The notes under the pieces are model-generated. The model was not told the DNA's origin, did not search any database, and saw only the letters and a list, made by a program, of their open reading frames with translations. The position numbers and the translations under genes were made by a program. A stretch of 64,000 nucleotides of DNA from NCBI RefSeq assembly GCF_009914755.1, contig NC_060932.1; one strand, 5' to 3'. Positions 41,827 through 55,485 of the stretch are shown here, piece after piece (position 1 is the first letter of the stretch; every line of letters begins with the position of its first letter). This stretch comes from the human T2T-CHM13v2.0 reference genome, Homo sapiens.

Positions 41827-43155
41827 GGAACTCATCCTATGAAAGAGCAATTAGTGCCTGCAAGAGCTGTCTCTGGGACAGCTGTTCATGTCTATATCTG
41901 CAGGGTAACCCTCATAGTCATATGCAGTCATATCCATAGTCATATCGGGAGTCAGATTCCAGTTTGACTGAGTGAGTGGAGAAACTAAACATTTATTACT
42001 GAATAATAACATTAATAAACCACCTTAATGATAGTAATAATAAACATATTGATGAGTATTAACAGGAATGATGATGATTATTATGATACTAATATCCATA
42101 ATTAACAATTTTAATATTGATAATAATACTAACCCTGTGGACTTGGGACCTAAACAGCAGTTTCCCCTTACAATTATCCCATATTTGGCCACAGGGGGTA
42201 ATGTTGAGTTCCAGAAGGCAAGGATTAACATTCAGAAAATAGGAAAAACAACCTGCAGGTAAGCATGTGCACACATTGGGACTCTATGGATAAATACTAA
42301 AGTGACTCTTGTTCTGGATCTCCATGCTAACAAACATGCACCAGCTTTCAGGAGGTAGTACAGCTGGCTGATGGGGCAAGGCTTCTTGAGGACATGGCAG
42401 GAGTCAGAAATCACACATGCTGCCCAGCAGCAGAGCTCATGACAAACAGTAAACCCCAGCGAAAGGACCTGGCTGCCCTTTCTGCCATCTGCTCTCCCAT
42501 GACCTCTCTTGACTGGTACATCTAGGCACTGGAATAACCTTCACTGGCTATAGGAGGGCATAATCCTCAGTATTCTCCCACCTGCAAGAAAGACAAAAAT
42601 TAATTGAATACCATGGCTTCTGGGTATCCTTAGTGGGCTTAGCGTATTTTGCATTTGCTTTAACAGGCCAGTTATCCAGGCAGTGACTTTCAGTGCAGCT
42701 ACAGTCACCTCTGGAAACCTGTGGAGACTTTAAAAATTTCCAAAAGGTCAGGAATTTTTGGAGACCTTTCTCATGGCTACGTTTCCTGCAAACGTGAATC
42801 AATAAGCTTCTGAACTGACTTAGAAAATGTTGCAGAGACTCTTGTGAACAGATAGACCCTCTCCTGCCACTCAGATAGATGTATCTGGGTCACACACACC
42901 TGATTTAACATCTCATTATCTCAGGTGGGCAACAGACAGCAATTTAGGACCTATCCCAGTGTGGATGAAAGACATTGAGTTGGCTTAGAAAAATGTTAGA
43001 TAGACTAGATGGGGCAAGAAAGCCCATTCTGGGGCTCAAAAGCCTTCACATAGAGTTGCTGACACATAAAGGGTATGTATAAATTCTTTCTCAGACCATG
43101 AGATCAGGATGTACTTCATCAGTATACCATGCTGGTATAAAGAGATTCTTGCCTC
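41827..43155 (+). repeat. Old intra-locus duplication, copy 2 (paralog of 12601-14250, lacking the Alu)
   Basis: Collinear matches; a single agaaaatgttgcaga at 42822-42836. Confidence 0.85.
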
Positions 43156-43185
43156 CAAAGGGACTCAGAATATTTCAGGGAACCT

Positions 43186-43757
43186 GTATTAGTCCATTTT
43201 TACACTGTTGTAAAGACACTACCCCACACTGGGTAATTTACAAAGGGAAGTTGTTTAATTAATTCACAGTTCTGCATCACTGGGGAGGCCTCAGGAAACT
43301 TACAGTCATGGTGGAAGGCAAGACAGAAGTAGGCACCTTTTTTCACAAGGTGGCAGGGAGAGAAGTGAGTGCACAGAAAAAAAAAAAAAAAAAACCACCT
43401 ACTCTTAAAACCATCAGATCTCCTAAGAATTCACTCACTATCATGAGGATAACATGAAGTAAACTTCTTCGACACATGGCGATTACAGGTCCCTCTGTCG
43501 ATGTGTGGGGATAATAATTTGAGATGAGGTTTGGGTGGGGACACAGAGCCAAACCATATTATTCTGCTCCTGGCACCTCCCAAATCTCATGTCTTTTATA
43601 TATATTTCAAAGCCAATCATGCTTTTCCAACAGTCCCCCAAAGTCTTAACTGATTCCAGCATAACTCAAAACTCCAAGTCCAAAGTCTTATTTGAGACAA
43701 GTCCCTTCTGCCTATCAGCCTATAAAATTAAAAAAAAAAAAGTTAGTTACATCCACA
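43186..43757 (-). mobile_element. MaLR THE1/MST LTR (43186-~43561) plus adjoining internal fragment
   Basis: tgtattagtcc...ggggaggcctcaggaaacttac...gggtggggacacagagccaaaccata, followed by MaLR internal sequence (tcccccaaagtcttaact). Confidence 0.88.
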
Positions 43758-43759
43758 GT

Positions 43760-45856
43760 GGGGGCCTCATGACCCTGACCAGTGCCCTATCCTACTGTGG
43801 CTCAACTGATATCCAAGATGCAAGACAAAGTCCTTTTTACTCTTTCCTCTAATCTCCTCTAGCAGAAGGAAGCAGTCTTTTTTGGAGCTGCAAGCTGTGC
43901 TGCCTGGGGTTGGGGGAGTGGTAATGCAAGTACTCCTTTAGCTGTCCTGGCTGGTGTCTCAGTAGGTTTTATGGCCACTCACCTCAGTACACTGGCTCTG
44001 AGTACAGTACTATTGTGTCTGCAGTAGTGTATGAGATGGAAAATAAGTCTCCATTCTCCAAGACTCTTCTTGAGCATCAAGGCTGCCTGATTGTTGAGCT
44101 ATAGCTACAGACTTTCCTCGCTGAGCCTAGCATGCACATGTTCCTCTTCTGGAAAAAAAACAGAAACAAACAAACCACCAAACAACTTCCCACAAGTGGA
44201 ATGTTCTGGGACTCAAGGTCATCTAGATTATTTTGTCCCCAGGGTGCTCCCTTGATGTGGTGTGCTTCCTCTTTCCTCAGAGTAGGAGTCCCTGAAGTTC
44301 AGATTACTGCATATGCTGCTGCTGCTTCTCTGGGTCTAGCTACCCAGTGGGGCTGCCGCACACCAGGCTGGTGCTCAAGAATATCTGCAATGGATCCAGT
44401 GATATAATCTGTCCTCAAGTCTCACAGCAGTGTGTATCAGCAGCTGATCAGATGGGGATGGCAGGGGAGTGATGTAGACTCTGAAAGATTCCTTGGTTAT
44501 AAATAGTCCTAGTGTGTTGTGTATTGGATTTCTCAAATGCCAGTTGTAGTAGTAATGAACTCATCACATGGACAGACTCATGGCCTCCTGCTTAGCCAGA
44601 ATGATGCAAGCAATGGTAACAGTTGTGGTCACTCACAACTTTTCTCCTTCCTGGGTGCTATGTTATTCTACCTGCAGATGCTGTAAAGGACTGTCAGTAG
44701 GCCTTCAGCCAGGAGGTGGTGCTTCCAAAAGACTGCCAGCTGTGGTGGTAGTGGTGAGATTTGGACTTGCCTTATGTTACCCATGGGAGGCACTCTGGTG
44801 TCTCAGGAAATAGGTGGAGCCATAGAGCTTCTAAAAGTTTCTTCTGTTATTTGTGTTAATCTACCAGGGTAGGTGGTTGAGCAAAGCCAGGTGGGAACTA
44901 GGTCAGGTAAGGTGATGCTCTGGCTGTCTATGTGTGGGACAAGCAGTGGCTCCAGTGGGAATTGGAAGGCAGTTCTTGGGCCACTGGAGTAATTTTCCAG
45001 AGAGAAGTGAAGCTGTCTCTGCCTCTGTACAAGGAGAGTCCATATGAGGAATGGGGAGTAGCAGCTTGGTAGTAAGCCCCATCCAGCTCCCACACACTTG
45101 GCAAGGCAGGTCTCACACCCACAGTGTTCCAATGGGAGTAGCTAGCTAAGTTTCAAGAAGTCTGAGCTCAGAACTCAAAACTGACCCATACCATAAGACT
45201 CCCTTATAGAGACAGCAACTGCAAACTTCAGGCCACACCCTTCCTGATCCACCTGCAGAGCAGGGGCCCTCAGCTCCTGTGCTTGCTGCTGCAGCACACT
45301 TCCCACTCACCTCTCAGTTCTGGCCTGGGGAGTTTGTCCCCAGTCAAGATTATATCACACATTTCAGTTGGGAGGTTGTCTCAACCTGTGACCACCATCT
45401 GAGTTAGCTGGCAGACTTCTAGGAGGTCCTGTCTGAGGTAGAATCAGAAATGGCTTCCCTCCATTCTACCAGAAACTGGGAATGTGCTGGAGATTCAAAG
45501 CACATCCCAATGCCACTCCTCATATACTCACCACTCTTCCCTAAATCAGCTCCAGCGCTGAGTAGGGTTAAGGCCTTCCCTCACGGCCTGGATTGATAGG
45601 TTTCCCAGTGGAAGTGTATATCTTAGAGTCAGTTTACCCTCCTGTCACACCCTGGAAACTTACAATTTTCTGCCTAGCTTATGGTGTAAGCTGCATCCTG
45701 CCGTTTCTTTCAAATGGTCTGTGGCTTATTTCAATTTTCCTGTTAAATTCCTGTGTTGCTTCTTGAAAGAAAGTTCACAGTGTGAGTCTCTACATGCCAT
45801 TTTGTCTTTTCAAGTGCAAGAGGCAAACTAACAATGCCTTCAATCCACCATCTTGG
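43760..45856 (-). mobile_element. Old L1 (L1M1/L1PB-like) 5' region
   Basis: ccaagatgcaagacaaagtcc...agcagaagga blocks typical of these 5'UTRs; ends ccaccatcttg (CAAGATGG L1 start on the - strand). Confidence 0.6.
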
Positions 45857-48800
45857 AAAACGAAAGTAACAGTTTTCTCATTTTTAAAAGTTTTGTTAAG
45901 ATCTGTTAATGACTCACAAAGAAATAGTACTTGGGTATATTTGAAATTAGTATTTATTCATTTATGTTGATAAGTGAAAATGCAAGATGGTTATCAAGAT
46001 GGAATTACTTAATATGTATATTTTAATATTCTTAGATGCAAATAACTTCACTTTTGATGTATTTTTATTTTGTCTCAGTTTCATTTCAACTTAGGTTTAA
46101 GGGGTTCTTGATAATCTGACATGATAAGTGGTGTTGGAATTGGCATTAAAATCCACCATGCTCTACAACACTTCATCCTTCTTCGGCAGGCACCAATTTG
46201 ATCTTCTACTACTTTGCAGACATCTCTTCTGCAAACACCAGACAAATTGAGACAATGACCTTCCACAGGACCCAAATCACCTCTTACTGCAGGAAAGAAG
46301 ATCCAGTGAGAAAATTAGTCCACAAATGGAATGTAAATCCATAAACACTCTTAAGTAACAGAATAAATTTAGTATGAACGTTTTTATGTGGGAGCTCTTG
46401 AAATGGTTGCTGCTCATATGTCAGAGACACATGCAGTTTAAGAAAGGTAGCAGTTCCAATCCTGGTTTGGCCCAACAGTCACTGCATTTTTGGTGGGGAA
46501 AAGGGATGTGGGAGGAGATGGTACATCTTCATCTTTTTCTCTGGGTTTTCTGTCAGAAAGGGATGTTGCTTACTCCAGTGGCAAAAAATGCCAGTGTCTT
46601 CTGCCAGAGTGGGTTACTGAGGGCCTTGGTGGTTCCACCTTGTGGCTGATACAGATAGTCCCTTTCTGTTTTTGTTTCTAGCCAAAAAAGATGTTTCTGG
46701 CATCTCAGGTATGCTGATTTCAGCAGCTGTTTTTTCTATATGGCTAGTTTTTTTTCTTTCACTCTCTCTTTCTCTCTCTTTTTTTTTTTTTTTTTGTCTT
46801 CACTGTGTTGACATAGTTTCTTAAATGGTCCCCAGGGCTATTTTGGTTTGTACATAATTATCTATATATATTTTTCTTGCGGGGAGGGTGTAGAGCTAAA
46901 GGCTGGTATATCCTGCTCCTGCTCCCCAAAAGTGACGTTATTCCCCCAAGCTAATATTTCAGGCTTTCAATTTATTCATGCTTTCATCTGTTTAAACATA
47001 AGTAGAAATTACTTTTTCTCTCCACATTTAGATTTGATCTATCTACTTTAATTGCTAGTAGTGTCTTAGGCATAGAATAGATTAGTTAGAAAAAAGTGTT
47101 TTTGACATTATAAATGATTCTTTCAATTTGTGTCTAAAAGTGGAAAATACTAGAAAGCTTAACATTTATTATTGTATTCAGACCAGTATTTCCTCCAGAT
47201 GACCTTTATTACAACAAAGATAATTTAAGGAAGATCTCTCTAATGGTAAAGCTGAGGGCTTTGTGCTATTACAATATCCTTCAAATAAAGTGACGGTCTG
47301 GTGGAAATAACAAGTAAAGCAAGGATTAGGAAGAAAACAGTTAATACCTTCATTTTGGTCTCACTCTGCATTAAGAGTTTTCATTGTGTTAAGGATTTAT
47401 TATACATTAAGTAATTTAATGTTCATTTAATAATAAATGGATCCTATTAAATATGATTTTTAAAATTATAATCACATTACTTTTATTCACATCTGTCCAC
47501 TGATGCCATTCCTAGATGAGAATGGTATCACATTATTTTATTTTTTTTCATTTTGCTACCTCTTTACTTACTTAGGATTATGCTGTATCAAACAATGTAT
47601 GTGTGGGAGTAATGGATGATTCAGGAATGTATGAGGAGGAGGTTTAAGCTCCTTAACCTTGAACAATTAAAATTAGCAACATAATATTGAAATACATACA
47701 GAACACTCAAGTGGTACTTTCAAAATAGTGTATATTTCCTCTGTTTATTTGTAGCTTTTAAACCCAGCTAGAAGCATTCTATTTCCTTTAGGTACCATAG
47801 GTCTGAAAGTCTGTAGTGAAAACTACAAGTAGTAAATGATGCTAATTCATGTGCTTCCGCCTGTGGAAGAATTGAATGTCTTAGATAAAAAAAGATGGTG
47901 CAATTGGTGTACAAAGTATCTAGAAAACAATTTGGTGGTGGTTTTTTCTGTTTCCATAGTAGAGTAACATATATAATATTCCCCTTTCATCAAGTTATTT
48001 AAATATGCCTTTGAATGGGGAGAATTGAAAATAATACTGTGAATCCTGGTAAACATTTTAAATTAATGAGAAGAATATTGCCTTTACAAAGTCAAAATTT
48101 GTCTGAATACAACGCATATAGCAATTTCATAGCAAAACACTTCCTTCAATCCTATTAAAATCAGAAGGAAAAGAAGAATACCCACTGTCAATGTTGTATT
48201 AATATAGTTCTAAAAGTTCTGGACAATGAAATATGTTGTAAGAAGAGAAGTCAGGGGAGACTTGAGCCCATTGTTTTTCCTCTCCTTCCATACCTCCCAA
48301 AATACCACTGGAATGTTGTAACATTTTGAAGAATCTATAGCAGTGTCCCAAATCATAGAATAGTATGAATACATCTGAATCTGAGATATCTCCAAAAGAT
48401 ACAAAATATCTGTGATTAGAATGAAAGAAAGATTTAGGCTTTTGGCCATGATTGCAAGTTAGCTGTTCTTAAATGACTGCTGCTATCGAACAAATACATT
48501 TTAGAGGATCTCTTTGAAACATTTCTATCCTTGAAAATGGTTAGGGAAGTTCTTAAAATATCTCCTCTTTCAAATACAAAAAATAGTCTGTGAACTGGAG
48601 CTTGAGCACTGGGTACTTTGTATTGGCTAGCTGATGGAGGTGGGTGAGGGTTTCCCAGATCTTCTAGGATGATCTGCTATTATCAGTAATGCTAATGGTG
48701 GTACTACTGACTCTTGGGCCATCAGAAATTCCAGTTCGTTAATCCTGGAACTTCCATATTGAGATAAAGCTTTGAGTCAGTTTCACAGAGGAAGTTTGGA

Positions 48801-49076
48801 TAATAGCATTCTCATTTCAGACCGTAGAATGATGGCAGATTAAGGAAGAGCAATGAGTTCAGTATTAAAAATGATCAGGTAAGCAAGACAGCATGAATAA
48901 AAGTTAATGAAATGAATAGCACATTTAAATCCTTGAAAACTAAATGTGTTGAAATTGTCAATGTGGAGAAATAATTAAGCACCTGTGTATTGATTGTTTA
49001 AAGAAACAGTCTACTATTACAAAGATGTAAAATCAATAGTAAAACAATATAGATGATAGAAAAAATGGGCAGATCT

Positions 49077-49437
<361 letters not shown>

Positions 49438-50455
49438 TTATTAATGATATATTAGATATAGGTAACAGGATAATTAGTAAAGAAAAAAATGCTTAAATGA
49501 TATACCCAGAATGTAGCATGGAAACACAAGGTCTAACATTTATTTAATTCAAATATGGGGGGAGAGAAGTGTAAGAGGATTCACCGTTTCAAGAGATTCT
49601 CAAAAAGAAATTAGGAGAAAGTATAAATCCATTGATTCAAAGAACGTATTTCTAACAGATGATATAAAAATAAATTCACATTAGTTAAATTATAAATTAT
49701 AAAACATTAAAACTAAACACCAGACCATATAAACATTGAAAAAAGGACAATTTATCATGAAATAATATTTATCTGATTATTATAGTAAAGCAAAAACTAA
49801 AAATGGGTAAACTAGTATCAACAAATGTTGAGAGAAAATAACTGTTAGTATAGAATTGGGTACTCAGTAATGCTGTCTTTCAAGAACAAAAATAAAAATA
49901 TGAAATTGACAGATAAAAACTAAAATTGTTCACTATCAAGAGATCTGCAGCAAATAAAATTTCAAAGGCTATATATCAGGAAGAAAGAATTTAACCCAAA
50001 AGCTGATCTCAGAGTCAACTTGGAATTCCATAAATATCACTAAACTGATGATAATAGTAATACTTTCTGACATGGGGGGGATCCTGAAAAGAAGTGAACT
50101 TTTACTTTTGTTTAGAATTTAGAAAGTTATAGAAAAATGCTCTTGCCCTGACCAAGAGAATAAGCTGGATAATCTATAGATCATAGATTTCATTTTAAAA
50201 GACAGAGCTGAGGTCTCAAAAAAAGCTAATTAACTTAAATTCAGAGTAATGAAAGCCTACTGAAAAAAGAACGGATCCACAGATGATTTGTGTGTACCTG
50301 AGTTGCAGCAGCAGAAACAGGAGGAAGCTGCCCTTGATGGAGATAAGAAGGAAACAAGTGAACCTCAAGCAAATGTTGAAAGGCTGAATGTGGGCTTGTG
50401 ATAGTTTAGCAGCAGTAGGGGCCCAAACACACTCACTCACTCACTAATGCTTTAA

Positions 50456-50853
<398 letters not shown>

Positions 50854-51319
50854 CCACTAATTGTTTTTTCATGACCTATCTTGTGTGCTCCTAGGTAAGA
50901 TCAGATGGAGAGCAGGAGAACTACCTGAGACACTTTTGAGGGACAGGCATGTAGGAACTGCTGCAATTAGAGATCAAAGAAAGGTAGAGGTCGCACTGTG
51001 AGAATCGGGGAAAATCCTCTGTTACTGGGGAGTGGGTTGGGGAGCAGAGAGAAACCCCCTTCACTCTCTGTTCTCACAGGTGCATAAGAAGAGAGGCCTG
51101 ATGAGGTCTGAAGGCAGGGCAGGACAGGTAGCTGAGAGAAGTAGATTCTCTGGTCTTTCACTGAGTGTGAGGCAGCTACTGCCCGAGGTTGGGCAAGGGA
51201 TGGAAGCCCTGAGAGATTCTTGAGGTGCAGAGATAGAGGCTTGCTGAGGATGAAAGTGGACAGAAAAGCTAAGAGAGGCTCCAATGCTGACCATGGCACT
51301 CTGCAAGAAGAGAAAAAAT

Positions 51320-52030
51320 GTGTATGTAGAGGTTTATGAGGGAAAATCGTGAGTTTGGTTTTGGATATATATTACTTTTGAAATCAAGTGTCCAAGTAGA
51401 TATACCAGTTATGCAGTTGGATAATTTATTTAAGCCTGGAGTTCAAAAGGAGGTCCAAAAGGAGAATTGAAAGGGATGAGACTTGCTGAGCCCCTCCAAA
51501 GAGTGTGTGGTGAGGGAGAAGAGAAGAGGACCAGGAACTGAGCTCTGCAGCTCTCCTATAGGAGGTGTGATGCAAAAGATGAGGAAGAAACAAAGGAAGC
51601 CGAAGTGGTAGCTCCAGTGAGACAGGCTGAGACTCAAGTGAATGTGCCGTCCTGGAAGCCAACTGAAGAAAGTATACTGTGAAGAAGGAAGTGATTATTT
51701 GTGTCAAATGCTGCTAATAGGCCGATTAAAGTCGTAGTGAAAAATGATCATTGGATCTAGTAATGTGGAGATTATTCGTAACTTTGACAAAAGTGGTGTC
51801 AATATCATGATCGAAAAAGGGAGAAAGAGCCTGATTGGGATATATTTAAGAAACAATGAGAGGAGAGGAATTGAAGACAGAGAGTATGGACAACTATTCT
51901 AAGATGTTTTGTTGAAAAGTAGAGCAAAAAATGGGATGACAGCTGGCATCAGAAGAAAAGCAAGGAAATTCTTTTTCTTAGATCAGAAAAACAACAGCAT
52001 ATTTGTATGCTGATGGTAATAATTTACTAG
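51320..52030 (-). mobile_element. LINE-2 fragment (reverse transcriptase region)
   Basis: The minus frame gives QSSVPGPLLFSL, a decayed RT motif QGSVLGPLLF; surrounding sequence is L2-like. Confidence 0.75.
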
Positions 52031-52683
52031 CATCAAAATTAATGACACGGTCATGATATAGTGAACTGCAACAGGAAAATCCCCAGGTACACAGCGAAGA
52101 GGGAATATAATACACAAATTTAAAAATTATTTGGATCTCTGAAACATCTGTTTTGATATTAACCTTTCATTCCTGCAATAGTTATTTTAAGCATGTTCTC
52201 ATTTTCTCTTGTTCAGTGTTGCCAGGTTATTATAAAGTGTATTAGACTTTTTGAAAAACATTTTTAAAAATACTAGTTTTTTCTCATTTGTTTCATTAAT
52301 TTATATTTTGTATTTATAATTTTCCCTTTATCTTCTTTAGGGTTATTATGCTGTTTTTTTTTCCCAGAAGCCCCCAAAATGCATGCTTAGCCCATTAAAT
52401 TTTAGCCATTTTTGTATCGAAAGTTATGTTACCCATTTCTGTGTGGTTACCTGTAATATACCATGAGCAGCACTTCTTGGTGTCTTTGCTCCTTATTAAT
52501 TCACTTGTCTGAAGTTCCTTTAACTTTCCTTTCTACTTTTCACTTTCACTTTGCAAATCATTTTTTATTCATAACCGCATAAAACATAATTTATTTTGAA
52601 AAGTCTCTCATATAATTTTCACTTATTCTAGGATTATAATTTTTCCGTTTGTCTCTTCAAATAAAACCTTCAGATTTGTCAAC

Positions 52684-53013
52684 ACTCATTAAACAGTAGC
52701 TCCTATTGATAGGATTCCATCCATCTCTTTTGACCTAGTAAGTGAATATAATAATAGATGCCACAGAAATTCAATCCTGTCAGATCTAACTGCCTACATA
52801 TAAATTTCCATGTCCCGCAAAGGCATCTCATTGAGGTCACATTCTGTTGTATCTTTACTTTGTATCTTGAGGTGCTTGGTGGGGCATGGAAATTTACATG
52901 TAGGCAGTTTCATCTGATAGGATTGAATTTCAGCAGCATCGATTATTATATCCACTCACTAGGTCAAAAGACATGGATGGAATCTTATCAACAGGAGCTA
53001 CTGCTAAATGAGT
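52684..53013. repeat. Long inverted repeat: arms 52684-52830 and 52868-53013, 37-bp loop
   Basis: Manual alignment gives ~19 mismatches and 1 gap over 147 bp. Confidence 0.92.
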
Positions 53014-53278
53014 CCCTTTTCTATTTTTCCCTATTATAATCCTAGTGAAGCTGTAAATATTAGGTTCTTGAACCCACAGGACTGATTCTAGTATCTTGTC
53101 TGGCCAGAGATATAGCCTTCTGATCTGCAGAACCTTATAGTAATCAGCTACCAACTTACCTGGGGATAAGAGAATTTAAAAAAGAAGGAGAATAAGGAGA
53201 AGCAAATGGAGTCTCATGGCTGAAGGGCCAGCATCAATGTGGGTTGAGCCTGGAGTCTCTGGGCATCGTGGGTCTAGG

Positions 53279-53290
53279 CCTTTTTATGAT
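53279..53290 (-). promoter_or_regulatory. TATA-like CATAAAAA upstream of DEFB109 exon 1
   Basis: About 65 bp upstream of the ATG. Confidence 0.45.
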
Positions 53291-53539
53291 GCTCTCTGAG
53301 TCTGTGATTTGTTCTTGGTCAGTAAAGCCTAACGAAAAGAGAATAACTAAATCTCCCACAGGAAACTTCCAGGGACACACAAGTACATAAATGTGGTGAT
53401 ATCTCAATGGATGAGAAAGCAGGTGAATGCTATTTATTTCCCAAAGATTCAGGATGTCTTTATTGTCACCTGCTTTCTTTATTATTTTTGAAATGCACAT
53501 GCAATAATCATTGATCTCACTTTATACATCTATCGTTTG

Positions 53540-53880
53540 CCAGGCAATATAGTAGGAACTGAAGTAAAATTGTTATACACAAACAGTACATAATTAATGG
53601 ATATAGTTTGGCAAGTTTGCACATATATATTATCTTGTTACCACACCAATATCCAGGTAATAATATATCCATCACCTCCAAATGTTTCCTACGTCCCTTT
53701 GTTGTTGTTGTTGTTGTTGTCAGAACCCCTAAGATCGACCCTCTTAACAAATTGTTAAATACAAAATACCTCATTGTTAACTATAGGTACTATGTTTTGG
53801 AGCCTATCTCTGTAATTGACTCATTTTGTATAGCTTTAACCCTTGAACAATAACTCCCCATATTGCTCTTTCCCCACTCA
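53540..53880 (-). mobile_element. L1M-type 3' end fragment with (GTT)n
   Basis: ccatcacctccaaatgtttcc...cattgttaactataggtactatg pattern typical of L1MA 3'UTRs. Confidence 0.6.
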
Positions 53881-55438
53881 ATAAAACACCAAACTCTTTT
53901 AAAGCACATTCTATATAATCCACTTTATGAAGCTTTTCCTAACACTCTTTTATCTGTTCCCCCCCAGTAAAGGGAACTACTAATATAAGAATTACCTATT
54001 TTGGATTATTGTGTCTTTTACAAACATTCCTTCATGAACCCATTTAACACTTATCTCCCATTATCTTATTATGAAGTAAAATAAAACTTGACGTGATTTT
54101 AAAAATGAAATCACAAAAGGGCTTTGTAAAATTATGATGTACCATTGCTTATTTGTAAGAATTCAAGTTACACTAGGGGTTTCTAAAAATCTTTTGTCTT
54201 TATTTGTTGCATATTGTAAGCACAGTGTCTTTTCCAGCTATTTGCTTTGGGAAGAAAAGTTAGAGTTACAATGAACAGCATAGGCTATCTTGTCTAGTCA
54301 CTTACATTAGAGATGAGGAAATGAGCTGAGGGAAAGGAAGAAACTTGCGCAGGATCACCCAGTGATCTAGCGAGGAAGGCGATAGGGACAGCACTAAGGC
54401 TTGGTATTCTGAGCCTCATTCTATTTTCTCCTCTTGCCCCTTCTCTGTTTCCTCCTCTCTTCCCCAGCCTTCCAGAAAAACTTTACAGTTCTGCTGCAAT
54501 GTCTACCTAAGGACATCCAGAGGAGACCTCACTTTTCATTAGACTGCTTTTTTAAGCACTGTCTTGCATTTTCTTCTTCAGTCTTGTTGTATCCCATTTT
54601 TGGCTATAAGTAATGCTTCTGCTGTGCTGTTCCATCCAATTAGTTTCTTCTATTTTCATTGAGAGAAAATTAAAACAAAAAACCATTAGTTTATCTAAAT
54701 TTGGAAGTTTTAAAACTTGATTAGAATTTCCTGGGATATGGATGTAAGACATATATTTTAAAATATTTTTCATTTTCAAAATTAAAAATCAAACCCATAT
54801 ATTTATCCAGGATGACTACTTGATAACTACTAATCAGATGGGTCTTCAGCAACGCCACAAGGATAAACATCTTATAAATCAATTCCCTGGCGTTATGTGC
54901 TACTGAGTTAATACAGTTTGATATGGTATCACCTTTAAGCAGGCTTTACGGAGTCACACAAAGGAACAGCACAACAGAACCATAGGGTGGAATGTATAGG
55001 GAAAGCTGGGATGTAAAACCCAGCCTTGACTCTGACACTTACTCCACTGTTGAGAAAAGCACTTCAGTTCCCAGAGCCTTAATATTTTCCTCTATAAAAC
55101 AGGAAAAATAGAGCCATATTTAAGGTTTTGTCAAATCTTGTTGCTGAGTGATTTTACAGTGTCTGCAGCTATCCTCTCTGCTAATCATAACAAGGCTAAC
55201 GAACTGTTCTTTTGTTTAGTTAAAGTTATTTTTGCATTTGTTTACAAATTGTTATTCTTCCCTTCACAGAAAAGGAAACATTTTAAAGGTAATTTATAAA
55301 AGGTTAAGAGTCTCTTACATATCAACTCTTCACAATGTGACAGAGTAGCTTAACCCCATCCCTAAGAGTATAGTTTCAGATCAGCCCCAAACCTATGTGG
55401 AGTGTGGGATACAGAATATATTTCAAACACATGCAAAG

Positions 55439-55453
55439 GCACACACACGTGCG

Positions 55454-55484
<31 letters not shown>

Positions 55485-55485
55485 A
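55439..55485. repeat. Compound (CA)/(CG)/(CA) alternating purine-pyrimidine tract
   Basis: gcacacacacgtgcgcgcgcgcgcacaca... Confidence 0.9.

Larger units (their letters stand above)
10970..46385 (+). ncRNA. FAM66D: FAM66-family spliced lncRNA running antisense across the USP17 array; candidate exons 17195-17258 and 46079-~46385
   Basis: Known gene order ZNF705-FAM66-USP17L-DEFB109. CpG-island start, a clean internal exon (ttccttccAG|...CAG|GTgagc), and a terminal acceptor plus AATAAA at 46362. Boundaries are inferred and the exact paralog is uncertain. Confidence 0.55.

Noticed and set aside
43440-43520. THE1/MST LTR as a DUX4-driven promoter
   Set aside because: The segment that normally carries the DUX4 motif appears rearranged or absent in this copy.
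53234-53266. 10-codon uORF before the DEFB109 ATG
   Set aside because: Its ATG lies only ~15 bp from the TATA-like box, probably upstream of the TSS.
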